Both the position numbers and the translations under genes were made by a program. Shown piece by piece: positions 50,089 to 62,200 of a stretch of DNA of 64,000 nucleotides. The DNA lies in contig KZ538224.1 in assembly GCA_000934665.2 (NCBI GenBank), positions 310,001 to 374,000 on the forward strand, written 5' to 3'. The stretch comes from Catajapyx aquilonaris. Lineage: Eukaryota. The notes under the pieces were generated by a model. The model was given only the letters and a program-made list of their open reading frames with translations. It searched no databases and was not told the DNA's origin. Each line of letters begins with the position of its first letter. Position 1 is the first letter of the stretch.

Positions 50089-51928
50089 TTGGGGGCGACG
50101 GCTGTCTGGTGATGTCGGTGTACGGTGTGATGGTCCCCGGGGGTCTGCTTCCCCATTCTGGTCAAGTGAAGCGTACCTAACTTTTCCATACTTCACGCCC
50201 CGGGCCTTGAGACGCCCTAATCTAATTTCCCCCCTCTCTCCTCTAGTTTATTCGAGAACCAGGCAAAAGTGTCTCGCCACCGATTCGATTTGTGCGAAAC
50301 GAGGGGAAAAGGGAAATGCATACAGGAGATAGGAAAAACAACTAAAAAACCCAGAATTTCCCATTTCCGCAATAGGCTATAACCAGGTAAAATTATTATC
50401 AAACCTCCGACTGACGTCATCTGGACAACAGAGAGCTCTGACATCAGACCAAATGTTTGGCATAATATTTATCATTTTCCCAAATGAATGGGGTGCCACC
50501 AATAATGAAATTAGAAAATTATAAAAATTAAAATAATAAGCTGTCAATGTTGTTCGCTCGACATAATATTGACAGCTAATATTTTCTTATTTTTAAATTT
50601 AAAAAGCAATGTTGCTGCAGGATCAGTTGAAAATTTATCAATGTTTACGTACGTCTACACTAATTGAGCAGGGTGAATATATCTGTCAGGGTAATTGCTA
50701 TTCTTTCTCTGACCGACTAAGCAAGATTGTATTAGCTTCTTTGCTGGCCCTATAAAAAAAAAGAGCAGCATTTGAACAGACGGTCAGGTTAACGTAATTG
50801 CAAACCATCCCCTCGGTTACGGGTAGTGGGTTAGGAATCCAGTACTTGGGGTGGACTCAAAGCAAATTAATTCTCTTCCCTTTCCCTGCTGCCCACTCTC
50901 CATCGACTATCCTTGGGTTCTGACCACCTCCGAATGGAAAAGAAAAAAGGAAATAAAGAAAACTAGCTTTGCGTAGACCCCAACACGAGAGCCGCAACTT
51001 TCCTGGGCAGTAACGCTCGATTTTACAACGGGGATTAATGACTCGGCGGCCGCATAAATGGTCGAATGTCCTCCGGATGTGGGCGAACCTCTCTAGACTG
51101 GACGAATAGGTATAAAATGAGGATTGACAAGAAACACGGGGGCATGGACACGCCCATTTTCTCCACAAAACGATAAAACTTTTATTGATACCATAAAGGA
51201 TTATGCGACCCGGTTTTTAAAAGAGATCTACGTGCTCATTCGCGTCGTAGGACATGAAACGCCATTTGTTGGCATCAACATGAACACACATTGTTGCGCA
51301 TTTGCGTCATTTAATATTAAACAGCTGAGTTGCATTGGGCAGGTTTTAAATAATTACCGAATTATTTGCACACATTAATTACAAATAATGTGCGTCAGTT
51401 GCATCAAAACGGCAAGAAAAACGCTCAAATGTTACTTTTAGCGGTAATTTAGCCGTTAGTAGTTATGAGCTATTATTAGTAGTTTCATTTAGTAATTGTA
51501 TAGTTTGGGGGACATACTCTGAGGTATAATGTCCGATATAATCCAAATATTTATATAAAAAATGTGTCCGAAATCTCACATGTGAAATAGCCTACCGTGG
51601 CATACCCATCAAGCTTTATTTAATAAATAATTACCGACAAGAAATGCTTAAGTGGCCGTTGGTGAAAACATGGCTAGAACTCTCATCAGCAAAAGGGATA
51701 AGCTGCTTTCAGTAGGGAAAAAATGCAAAGTGCCCCCTACTTTAATGGACATAACGAGAGAGAGAGAGAAAAGTTGCGGCGACGACCATTACCATCCTCC
51801 ACCATCCACCCAACGCACTGACATTTTGCATGGAATTACTGCACATAAGCCTTTGTGCGCGATGCATACAGTACAAAACGCGTGGCCCTTTGATGAGCTT
51901 AGCGAATAAAATGTGGGCGCGCTGCCTA

Positions 51929-52072
51929 CAGGGTGTTCCATAATTTTTTGGCGAAACAGTGGTGTCGTACTAGTGGCGGAAAAAGAGCGAATCGAAATTT
52001 TGATTCGCTCTTTTTCCGCCAAGGGTTGATGGCGCGACCAGTACGACACCACTAATGTCCAGCACTGCATCT
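51929..52072 (+). mobile_element. MITE fragment (TA-CAGGGTG end) related to family A, with a perfect hairpin
   Basis: TA-CAGGGTGTTCC at 51927. Perfect 19-bp stem GGCGGAAAAAGAGCGAATC (51975-51993) / 52002-52020, and a 14-bp outer stem AGTGGTGTCGTACT (51958-51971) / 52040-52053. The right TIR was not found. Confidence 0.7.
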
Positions 52073-55000
52073 CTTGAACTGATCGTGGTATACTGAGCCT
52101 ATCTACTGGTATGCGAGCGATAGTCGTGAGAGGCAGCACCTGCCCCTGCCTCCCCCACCTCCCTCCCACAAAAAGCCTGCTCCCTCCATCCCCCCCACCC
52201 ACAACGAGCCAGCCATCCAGGCAGCGGCTTCTCTTAAGCTGGCCAATCTGAGCCGAGGCTCCATCGCGGCTCATCTCAGTCGCGGCCCAGCTACCGCGCA
52301 GTTTGCATCGAAGAGAGAGACGCGCTCGAAATTTTTTGGACAGTTTTCATGCCCAGTTTGTGGACCATGCGAGTGAGTGACTAGTGGACCGTTTTTGCGG
52401 AGACTAGTTTTTGATGAGAGTTGGGAAAACTGGCGATCGGAAGGAGACGTTGTGACGGTAAGTTTTATGCCGAACATATTTTGGGACAAAATGTCAAATT
52501 TGTGTAAATGTCGAGAGATATCGAAATTTGAAGGCTGCATTACTTACGATATCAACAGTATGTAGTTTGATGGCCCTAATTGTCTGGCAGTTATGTTTTA
52601 ATTCGTAATTTTCCAAGAGCAACGAACCACAAGAACCGTGATTATCTTGAAAACCATGGCCTTGAGTCCAGTGACATTGAGTGATGCGGAAGTGACTCCT
52701 TTTTTGTCCCCATCTTTTATCCAACACTGAAGGAGGTCATTATTGGGGCCCATATCTGCCGTCCCCTTTTTGCATGAGCCGACAGCCGGAATCGGCCAAG
52801 CAAAAGTCGCTGCAAGAATAGGGATCGGCTTCCTATAATTGCAACAAAGGGCTTTCTTTTTGCACGTGGACAAAGGCCGGTTTTGAACTCAACGGGGGTT
52901 TTTCGTTCTCCAACTTCTTCCCCAAGTTTTTTTTTCTATGCCTTGAAACCCAAGGGTGCCGCTGAAAGCAGCCATTACAAGGCTCCTTTTTCCCCTATAT
53001 AGCTAGACCCACATCTTTTTTCATCTGGACTTGGGTGGAGAAAAAGGAAGGAGAAAAAAAGCGCCGTCGGTATAATAATTGGTGCTTATTAAGCCTCATA
53101 ATTACGTAATTGGTCTAGTGCTGGCGGTTAAGTGTCTGATTGAACGGTCTGCTTTCTTCACCAGGCGCCCATGTAATTTTGTGGAGTTAGATACAACACG
53201 AGGCGCTCAAATTTTATGTTTTGTATTAATTTTTGTTTATTGCATTTTCCCCCCATTGTAATTATTGTTTTCTAGCCCAAACGACACCGACCAAAAACGT
53301 CCGTGTGAACGCAAATATATCTGTCTAAAAATGTGTTTCAACCTAAAACATGTCCGGGAAAGAAGCCAAAGTGTGCGATTTCAATTTAGTCCAAACAAGT
53401 GCCACGCTTTTTTTTGCAAGCTGGACCATTGGACCTCCGGTCAATTTGCATGCAGATTGAGCACCAAGTGACCGTGACCGGACTACTTTTTTTTTGTTAG
53501 TCGTGTGTGTATGTTAGTCTTTTGTGGCCTCCGGAGAGGGGCCTGGGCTTGAAGCAATATGGTCAGCATTCCGATTGAAACCCGATAAACCGACTTGCCT
53601 GTTGGCGAGGCCGACTACTTCAATTGAAGGGGGTAGTCCAGAGAGTGAAAATTTTCATGCTCATTCACACACTGGAGATGATTGTGTACTTTTTGTACAT
53701 AAAAAATTCGGGGCGTCGTTGCGGCGGCGGTAAAGCCATAAATAGTCGGAGGCAATGTGTCATCTTTGAGATTGCGGGACGTTGCAACCAGTATGCAAAG
53801 TGGATGGAATGGGGGCTGTCCATCTCTGCACACCTTGTTATGGCTCCCGGGTGGCTGTGTGTAAAAAATATAAATTGAGAGGCGTAAAAATTTTATAGCG
53901 AAGGGTGTAATCAGACCCGAAATTTGACGCCAACGGAGAGAAGAGTTCTGGAGCAAACCAAATGTTCATTCATTAGTTTCTTCATATAATTTGTATTATT
54001 AGAAATTCAATAATTATGAATGAGGAGGAGACAAATGTGCGCGAGATTTACATAATTTGATCTATCGGCACTCACGATGTAAAAAAATAGGAATAGGAAT
54101 CGAATGGTGGTATCCACCGAGAGGTGATTGTGAAAATTCGCTGGTAATCCGGATTACTCCGGGGAATTCGTAAATGAAGGAATCCATTAAACATTCAGGC
54201 CATTGGAATCAGCAATGCCCGGATATCCGGATTGTCCTTAAGCTTCCTATTTAAAAAATTGCATGGAGTAAGCTTCAAGCGGAAAGATCTGAACGGTTGT
54301 TACTCATACTTTTGGTTAACATGTTGGCCATGAATAACTGATTGGCATAATTTTGTGTGTGTAAAAATCCGGGGGTTTCAACCGCTTTAAAAAAATCAGG
54401 TGCTGATTTTTTTTCATTACTCCGGGAGCAAATACCTCCCGGACATTTATTCACGGTTCCGGTTTCGACTTTCATCGCTCCGTATAATTTGGGGAGGCAT
54501 TTTCCAACCGAGGCCTATAAAATTGTTTGGGCAAACCTGGTCTCCCACCCACCCCACCCCCACCCACTTTGTTATAGTTGTAACTGCAGGCCCCGGAAAC
54601 TTTACTGCCGTGAGGGTGGTGGGGGGGTACCCCCGGATTTGCGGACTTGGCGCAAAGTTAGAGGCTCATTTCCGCGGGTCCAGCATCATTTCGGGGGACG
54701 GCTGCAAAGCGCGGGGCCGCCTTGTCTCATTTGACATGTTGATTTGATTGGCACACCTCCCCCCCTCCTCTACCCTACCTACCCCAGGGGGATCGCAGGT
54801 TATCACTGCTTTAATTACGACACCAGCCGTCGGGCCTCTTCTGCAGTTGGCAGCCCCTCACTCGAAGTTTGGCCTCAAGCCTGCCTCACCTGCACCACAC
54901 CTATCACTACTTGACAGAAAAAAAAGTAATGTCACAGAATGTGACAATGATAAATTGCGCATAATATGACGACATTATTAATGATTATCATATTACAAAA

Positions 55001-56237
55001 CGACAAAAATAATTAACAGAGATATTGTGGAAAAGTATTAAAGTGGGGGTAGGTTGAATATAACCTATCAAACCTTACCTGGAAAAAATCTAAAATGACC
55101 TAAACTAACGAGTGGTGAAATACAAAAAAATGAAAGTGATATTTTATTATAATTTATTTCGATCTAATCGAACTAAATGGCGAAATAATATACGGGGGGA
55201 AATTAGCGAAATGTGGCCAATTTGCATTAGCTGATTGGCTTTCGATATCTGAGCATAAGGCCCGTATTATTCGAAATTCAATAGTGAAGGGTGGGTACTG
55301 GGTACATCATAAATTTATTACAACCCCTTTCCGCCCTCCATAAGTTAAAAAAAGGGGTTGATTTAGATGACTGTCAAATGAAGGGGGGTCCCCTGGTTCA
55401 TGACATTTAGTTCAATTAGAGCAAGTAGCTAGGGACGGGGGAGTGGCCAGTTTCGAAACAGATTGCTAATGAGGTGTGCCTGGGTTGGAATCAAATGGCC
55501 CCAAGTTTGGCCCTGACCCCCCCAGCATATTTTTTGGGTGGGGAAAAAGTCGAAAAGGAAACCGTACCTTGAGCAAATTTGCAGAGTGTAATGCTGGCAG
55601 CCAATTGTGGCTACGATATACACGCGTTGAATGACAAGCATGTACACACACTACACGTGTGGGGCGGGCTGCAAAATGTAATGGTGAAGTGGACAAAACC
55701 TCTTGGGGCATTTTGGACAGGAAGTGTCAGAGAGTGCGACTCTTCAGGGTTTGATCCCAGTTATCTCTTGCGTAACAGAAGGTCTGGGATTCGTCTAGTG
55801 GTCAACTAAACTGATAAAAATTAAGTTGGAGTTTTGAAGCCACTGCTATAGCCTACATATTTTTAAAAAAAATATTATAGTCAAAAAATATTCTTCAAAT
55901 TTTTTGTTTCTATGTCCCCCCCCCCTGTTGAGTCGAATTTGTCGGTTAGGGGGAAAAGCGGTGGACCTTGCGCAACGTTGACAGCTTTACTGTTTCCTTG
56001 GGGAAGGTAGAATACACACGAGGTGGTAAGGTATACAAACCTTTTGGGTCACTAAATTTTTTTCCATCTTCAGAACTATCGCGAGGTATCGCACCATATT
56101 TAAAAATAGTCGCATGTGTAAAAAAAAATCTGGAATAGGAAGAACCCGCCGGCGTATTATGACACGTAATTTTCCGGAGCATGTTCCTTCGACACGGAAA
56201 AAGGATCGTCAGACCCAGCTCATTTTTCTTGTGCAAA

Positions 56238-56261
56238 AAGAAGAAGAAGAAGAAGAAGAAG
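56238..56261. repeat. (AAG)n microsatellite
   Basis: About 8 AAG units read directly. Confidence 0.85.
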
Positions 56262-59200
56262 CGAGACAGTTCAAAGCTTCTGGAAACTGCATCGCGGGAG
56301 GCCTCAAAAGCGATTTTGGCTAGATCCGATCCCCATTCTTAGAAAAGAACTTCACATCAATTGCGGAGTCGATCAATTCACAAAACCCGAAGAGAACTCC
56401 CCCAAGAAGAGGTGTGAATACGCAACTAGAAATTTTCGCAGTGTAGTTGTAATATTTTGAAAATGACTTATGCACCAATTCTGCTGAAAATGTTTGTTGG
56501 AAGGTGCGTATTTGTTACATTTATCGTATAATATTTTGATCCATTTTCTACGTAATGTTTTGACACATTTTTCATGTGAAATTTTTATGCAGATGCCCAT
56601 TGACTTGGAAGCGTCCTTCTATATATGGCTCGGGGTATTCCATTATTCCGAATCGATTCATGTGCATGCTAAAAGAAGGAGCGGCTTCCGTCACGTGACG
56701 GATCAAATTCTCCAGCATTGATTTCGAGGTTTTCAGAGCTAGAGAGATCGGGGTCAGTCGGAAGCTTCAAGGTTGGTTTCGCTTTGCTGACAACGAAGGT
56801 TTTATTCCGTCCGCGTGGTTGGCAACGGGCCGAATCGCGTTTGGCCGAAAGACAAACCTAGGAGGAAAAGGCTTTATTATCGTTTAGCACTGTAATTGCC
56901 GCCACCGCCGCCATCATCTCCTCCTTCCCCCCAAAAAAGCCGGTTCCTTTTCAACAGTCCAGGTCGATTTTGCAGTAGTTCTCCCCCTCTCCCAGGTTCT
57001 ATTCATTCTATTCGTATATGAAAAGAGTGCTGGGATAATGCAGGGAGAGGGGGAGAAATGCAATGGTGGGGTGTAGGTAACAAGAGCTGGGTGACTGCCA
57101 GGTTGAACCAAGATGGAAGCATCGTTTCTCACTTTTTTTTGGGTCCATTATCCAAAAAATAGCTGCCGTCAGCTGGAGTTTCCACACACTGGGCAAAACC
57201 GTATTTTTTGGAAAGCGAAAGACCCCTCCCTTCCATGTTATGAAAGTTGGTTGTAATATTTATGGCCAGTCATAATTCAGCTCGTTCCCATAAATGCTGT
57301 CGTTCAAATCCTGGAGCGCAAGTGGACGTCCTTATGTGTTATCGTGTTTATTCCTGGGTGATTTTTGGTGAAGGACTCCAGCCAGCAGCAGCAGGTTCCG
57401 GTTCGCCAAAGGGCAAGGCCGGCGAATAATTGGGCAGAAAATTGCATCCGATAATGTAACCTACAAAAAATTACCACTAGGTTAATGAAAAGAAAATGTA
57501 AAAATTAATGGTGGGTAGATTAATAGCAAATACGTTTGATTACCATTAAGGTAACCATGAACGGGCCAAAATAACATGTTCATCAGTAGCCAATACATCT
57601 GATAACCCAGATAACCTACTATTAAAAGCAGCCATGCAAATGTAACTGCTAAAATGAGCCGCTTAGGGCAGTAATAAATGGCTATTGGTTGTAGAAGCGA
57701 AATCAACTGCTGTGTTTTTAAGCCCATTAGGAGCGATTAGTTAAAAATTGCAATGTAGGCCACCGTCGGCTTCCCAATTATCGTAATCGTAGTTTGATAG
57801 CATCCGTCTTTTTGCGAAACAATATGGGCATGACCGGATTGTGGATGCAACAGAAATAACCGGGGGGGCGATGTTTAAAAAGTCGTTTGGGCTTTTGGTA
57901 TGGCCATCATTTCTGAATGAGGCCTTCGCGCATGCAGCCTTTTCCTATCAAAACAGGATATGCCAGGACGTGTGGTACACACAGAAGAAGAAGAAAAAAA
58001 ATTGGGAAGGGAATGACCTGAATGCCTGGTTTTGTCTGGGCCGAGTTGTGTAGACACCGATATAGAATTTCTAGCTAGTGATAAGGACGTAAGGAATCTT
58101 TTGCACGGAGAACTTTTGCCCAGCTGACGGAATTTTATCCGAGGTTCCATCTTGATGGCAAGAGTCGGGTTCATTCCATGGGCGAAAAAGGAACTCTTTT
58201 TACATCCAGCTCCCTCCCAATTTTCCTCCAGGTTTCCGTAATCCTGTGAAATTGCGTATGAAGTTTTTCAAGGGAAGAACCGACCGTCTTTTTTTCCATT
58301 CCCCTACTGAAATAGCTCTGAAGAAGGAAGTGAGATGTAATTTTAGCCTCACCGCATGAAATGTGAAAAACCCCGTCAGTTCCATCCTACAAGTTGTGTG
58401 CACATTTTGGAAAATAGTCGTGCCACATGGCAACAACGCGTAACTGCTATAGAGAACCGCTACTTTTAAAATGCTATTGGCGACTTTGGTTTAAATGCCA
58501 CTTCGACACACCCTGTGTGGCCCAGGTGCAGGCTGGCCATCAGTATGTTTCCCTCCAATCCCCAGGAGGAATGTCGGCTGAAAAGTGCGTGGTCACCAGT
58601 AGCTGCCCTTTTCCACTGATTTACGACCGTCGCTAATTACCTTCCCGGGGACAACCTGACAAGGTTTGGGGGAAGCTGCTTTTTCCATCTTTGTTTGTCG
58701 GGGTCCACCAGGCAACGTGCGTCGATGCTTGAAGTCTAATTGAATAAGCACCCCTCCTTGTTATCGTTATTGGATTGCCAGAGTATGATGCGGAGTATAT
58801 TCCTCGAAAGAAGTGGCCCGCACTTTGTGCAGAAGGAGGAACCAAAGACATTTGGCACCCACTGCTAAGTTGAAGGCGTTAAAAAGTGACGCTACATTCA
58901 CTGTTTTTTTTTTCTTCTAAAGGGCGACGGACAGACAGGCGTGAAAGAACCTTGGAGAACACGCGGATTCAGGTTGTGCGCCAGGGAAGTATGCAGCTTC
59001 TTGTCTGTTTACTGACAGGTTGCCACGAGGTGATTCAAAGCTGACACAGCGATCAAGCTAAAGTGTGTAGCCTTTTTCCTCCAAGTTGTGCAGTGATGGT
59101 ATTTCTAGAGCAAGCATCAGCAGGGGCCGGCTGTCATGTGAGAAATGAGTTACAAGGCTCGATACAGCGCCTTTGTAAAAAAGCGACGGGAGATCCGCAG

Positions 59201-62200
59201 CCAGGAATGATTGCATGTGCCAAGTCCTCCCCCTTCCCAAAGCCCCCCGGAGGAGGGAGAGAGGGGAGAGGCGGGGAACGGACTTCATGAACTAATATTG
59301 ATTGCTCTCCGGAGAGAAATATAAAGCCCGCTACGAGTGCCATTGTCCCAATATGGCAGCAGAACCCACCAAAAAGGAAGAGATGGAGAGAAGTATTATT
59401 CTTTATTAGTTCGGTGGATGCCAACTCACAGGTTAGATTAGTGCTGTGTCGACACCTGCGGACTGATTAATGCTGCAGTCCCTGCTTCCAAGGGGATGAC
59501 TAATTAAAGGAGGAAGGAAGATGAGCTCTGGAATTGTTTCTTGGGTGATGGGTATGGGGTCAGTCGGCCTTCTCACCTGGGCTTCGTGAATCATAAGGGT
59601 GGAACTTGCTAGTCACACCTTTCTGGAGTTCAAGCGTGACGTTTTTTAAATGCCCATATCGCCTTTTCCTCGTGTACATAATGGGTATTAATATGCTCAC
59701 ACCCTCGGACTTTCGGTTCAGCCGAATCTCTCTCTTTAAAAAAATTTAACTATACGAGTGGAATATTCACTGGCAAGATGGACAGAGCCTACCCTTGTGC
59801 CACACAGATAAATGTTCCAACTAATCCGCTCCGACATTTTCATCATGAGCGCCGCAATAAACAGATAAATAAATTCGGAGGCCATTCGCATCAAATCTAG
59901 ATTAGAATAAGATCCCACCCTGCACTTAAGATGAGCCCGATTGATTCGCATCAACAATAAAAAAAATCCGAATTGTTGTTGGATGATAGAGCAAGGGAGG
60001 AGCTTTTTTTTCAAAGTTCAAAGTAAAAAAGGGCGGATGAGTGGACATGATGGACGATGTTGACTGGCACGTAGAGAATGGTGTGAGAGGACCCGGGGTC
60101 TCTTAATGAGGTGACTAGTAATCAGGCTTGTATTTGGGCCATAACTCTTTTGTGTGGCTTGCCCGTTGCCAAGTTTTTTCTTGTAATTGATTAGGCCTTG
60201 GGCACACAACAACAGGCCCGTTGTATGGTATACACCCCCAAAGATCTTCTGTACCCTTTGGCCATGCTGAAGATCCAAAGGCGTTTCCCTTTGAAACCAT
60301 GTAAAAATTTCAAGGTGTGGGAAGAACCTCTTTCTTCTTCCGGGGAAAAGGACACGGGATGAACTTTTGTCGGTTCTGAAGAAGACGATGAAATTTTCAA
60401 ACGGTTAACGTCAGTTTGGCGCGGTGGCAAACTTTGGGCTGGATCAACAATGCATGACGAAGCCAGCCCCATTTTTTTCTGGCAAAAGTTTCTTGGGAGA
60501 TTGATCCTGGTTAAGTAAATGTTTCACTTTGGACTTTGCCTGTGCTGGATTAATTGCGAAAGTTGGCTCAAGCTTCAGAAAGAAGCCAGGCAACTGCTAC
60601 TTTTTAAAAATAGCAGTATAGCAGTAGCTGTTAATATTTTATTGTTATGGAACGCATACTAAATGGGATGAAATTGGATCTTATTGCACAGTGTACTCGG
60701 CAGCTGGAGCTGTAATTTCCAAACTTTGCAAAACTATGAGATTAAATAATTGATCAAAGGCCGCTCAGAGACTACAACAATGTATTTTTACAAGTTAACT
60801 ATGGGAGCAAGCTGGGTTTGGATATATAAATCATACCCGAAATTTTAATTAAAATAATTGTGCCGTTTCTTCCTTTGAAGAAGTTCGCGGTGCTAGATCG
60901 CACAAATCATGTTTTTATTGCCAAAGTTATTAGCGCCGTTATGAAGGAGTATTAGTTACAGCTCCCTCATATTAGCAATGTTAATGCTGGCGAATTGTAA
61001 CCTTTTTTTGTGTGGAAATGAAATTTCAAGCGCTTGAAACTTTGTGAGAATTGACCACATGGGGACATTTCATCCCCTCTTTTATGTCCCCTCTCGCTAT
61101 GCCTAGCAGTGAAGGGAAATACTGTGGTACATCAAAATTACATTAATCGATTTTTTTGGAGAACCAGCCCCAATTTTTTTTTAAATTCCCTCTACATTTG
61201 GCCTCCAGGCTGATTCATGGGGCTTATATCATCCAGATAACCGGTAATGCGGCCATTGTAATAATTGTACAGCCCTCTCTTGTCAGCAGTAATTAGATCC
61301 GCACCTGGCTATGATATTGATCATCACGTTACGTCGCCTAAAATTACGATTTCTGGCCAAAAAAAAATTGCGACCATACGTTGAAACATTAGGAGAGGTC
61401 AGGCACTTTGTCCACTTAAGGATCAAGGGGTAAATGTCCTGGGAGCACTTAAATGGACGTTATTAATTCAGCGTGTGACGGCAGAGAGTGTCGCAGGATT
61501 TTGCCATTGTTTATGGAACGTGCGCTAATATCCGGACGCCCACTTGATTATTCTGGACATGACCTAAAATGGTCCTGGACACACACACACACTGAAGGTT
61601 ATAAAAATGTGCAAGTCCCACGGGAAAGAGCTGGAGAAATCAATAGGTCAGGTGGAAGCTTCTTCCTGGAAAATAACAGCTTATGAGAGTCAGGGTCTTT
61701 TTTTGGTGGGTGGGGTTCCGGATAGGGAAAAAAAGTGTGGCAACTAGTTCATTCCGGGCATCGGAGCAGAAATAGGAGCAAAATTGACTGCTCCAGGGAG
61801 GGAGACAGGGGGGGAAAAATCTCATGTTGGGAAAAAATGGGGGATCGAATCAAGGACCGGTTGTAATTTTTCCATTTCTGAACCAAGTAGGGGGGAATTT
61901 TTTCTCTCCAATAAAACTGGTGATTCTCATTAGTCTGCCACTTTCATGGACATTGTTATGTAGATCATTATATTATAAGCGACGGTTCTCCACACTTTTG
62001 TGACACTTTTTTTGGGTTCCAAAGTGGATCACTGCAGTTGGAAACATCAGGTGGAACGGACTTTGTGTGTGCCCGACGCCACTCATGTGTGCGGATTGTG
62101 ATCCATATAGCCCCAGTTTCATATTGATTCATACCGCTGCCTAACTCCGGATATACTGGTCTGGCAGGCACAGTGTAGCCAATCACTTATTTTCAGTTCA

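Noticed and set aside
55569..55589. TTGAGCAAATTTGCAGAGTGT, similar to miR-87
   Set aside because: Several mismatches outside the seed, and no complementary arm upstream to form a precursor.
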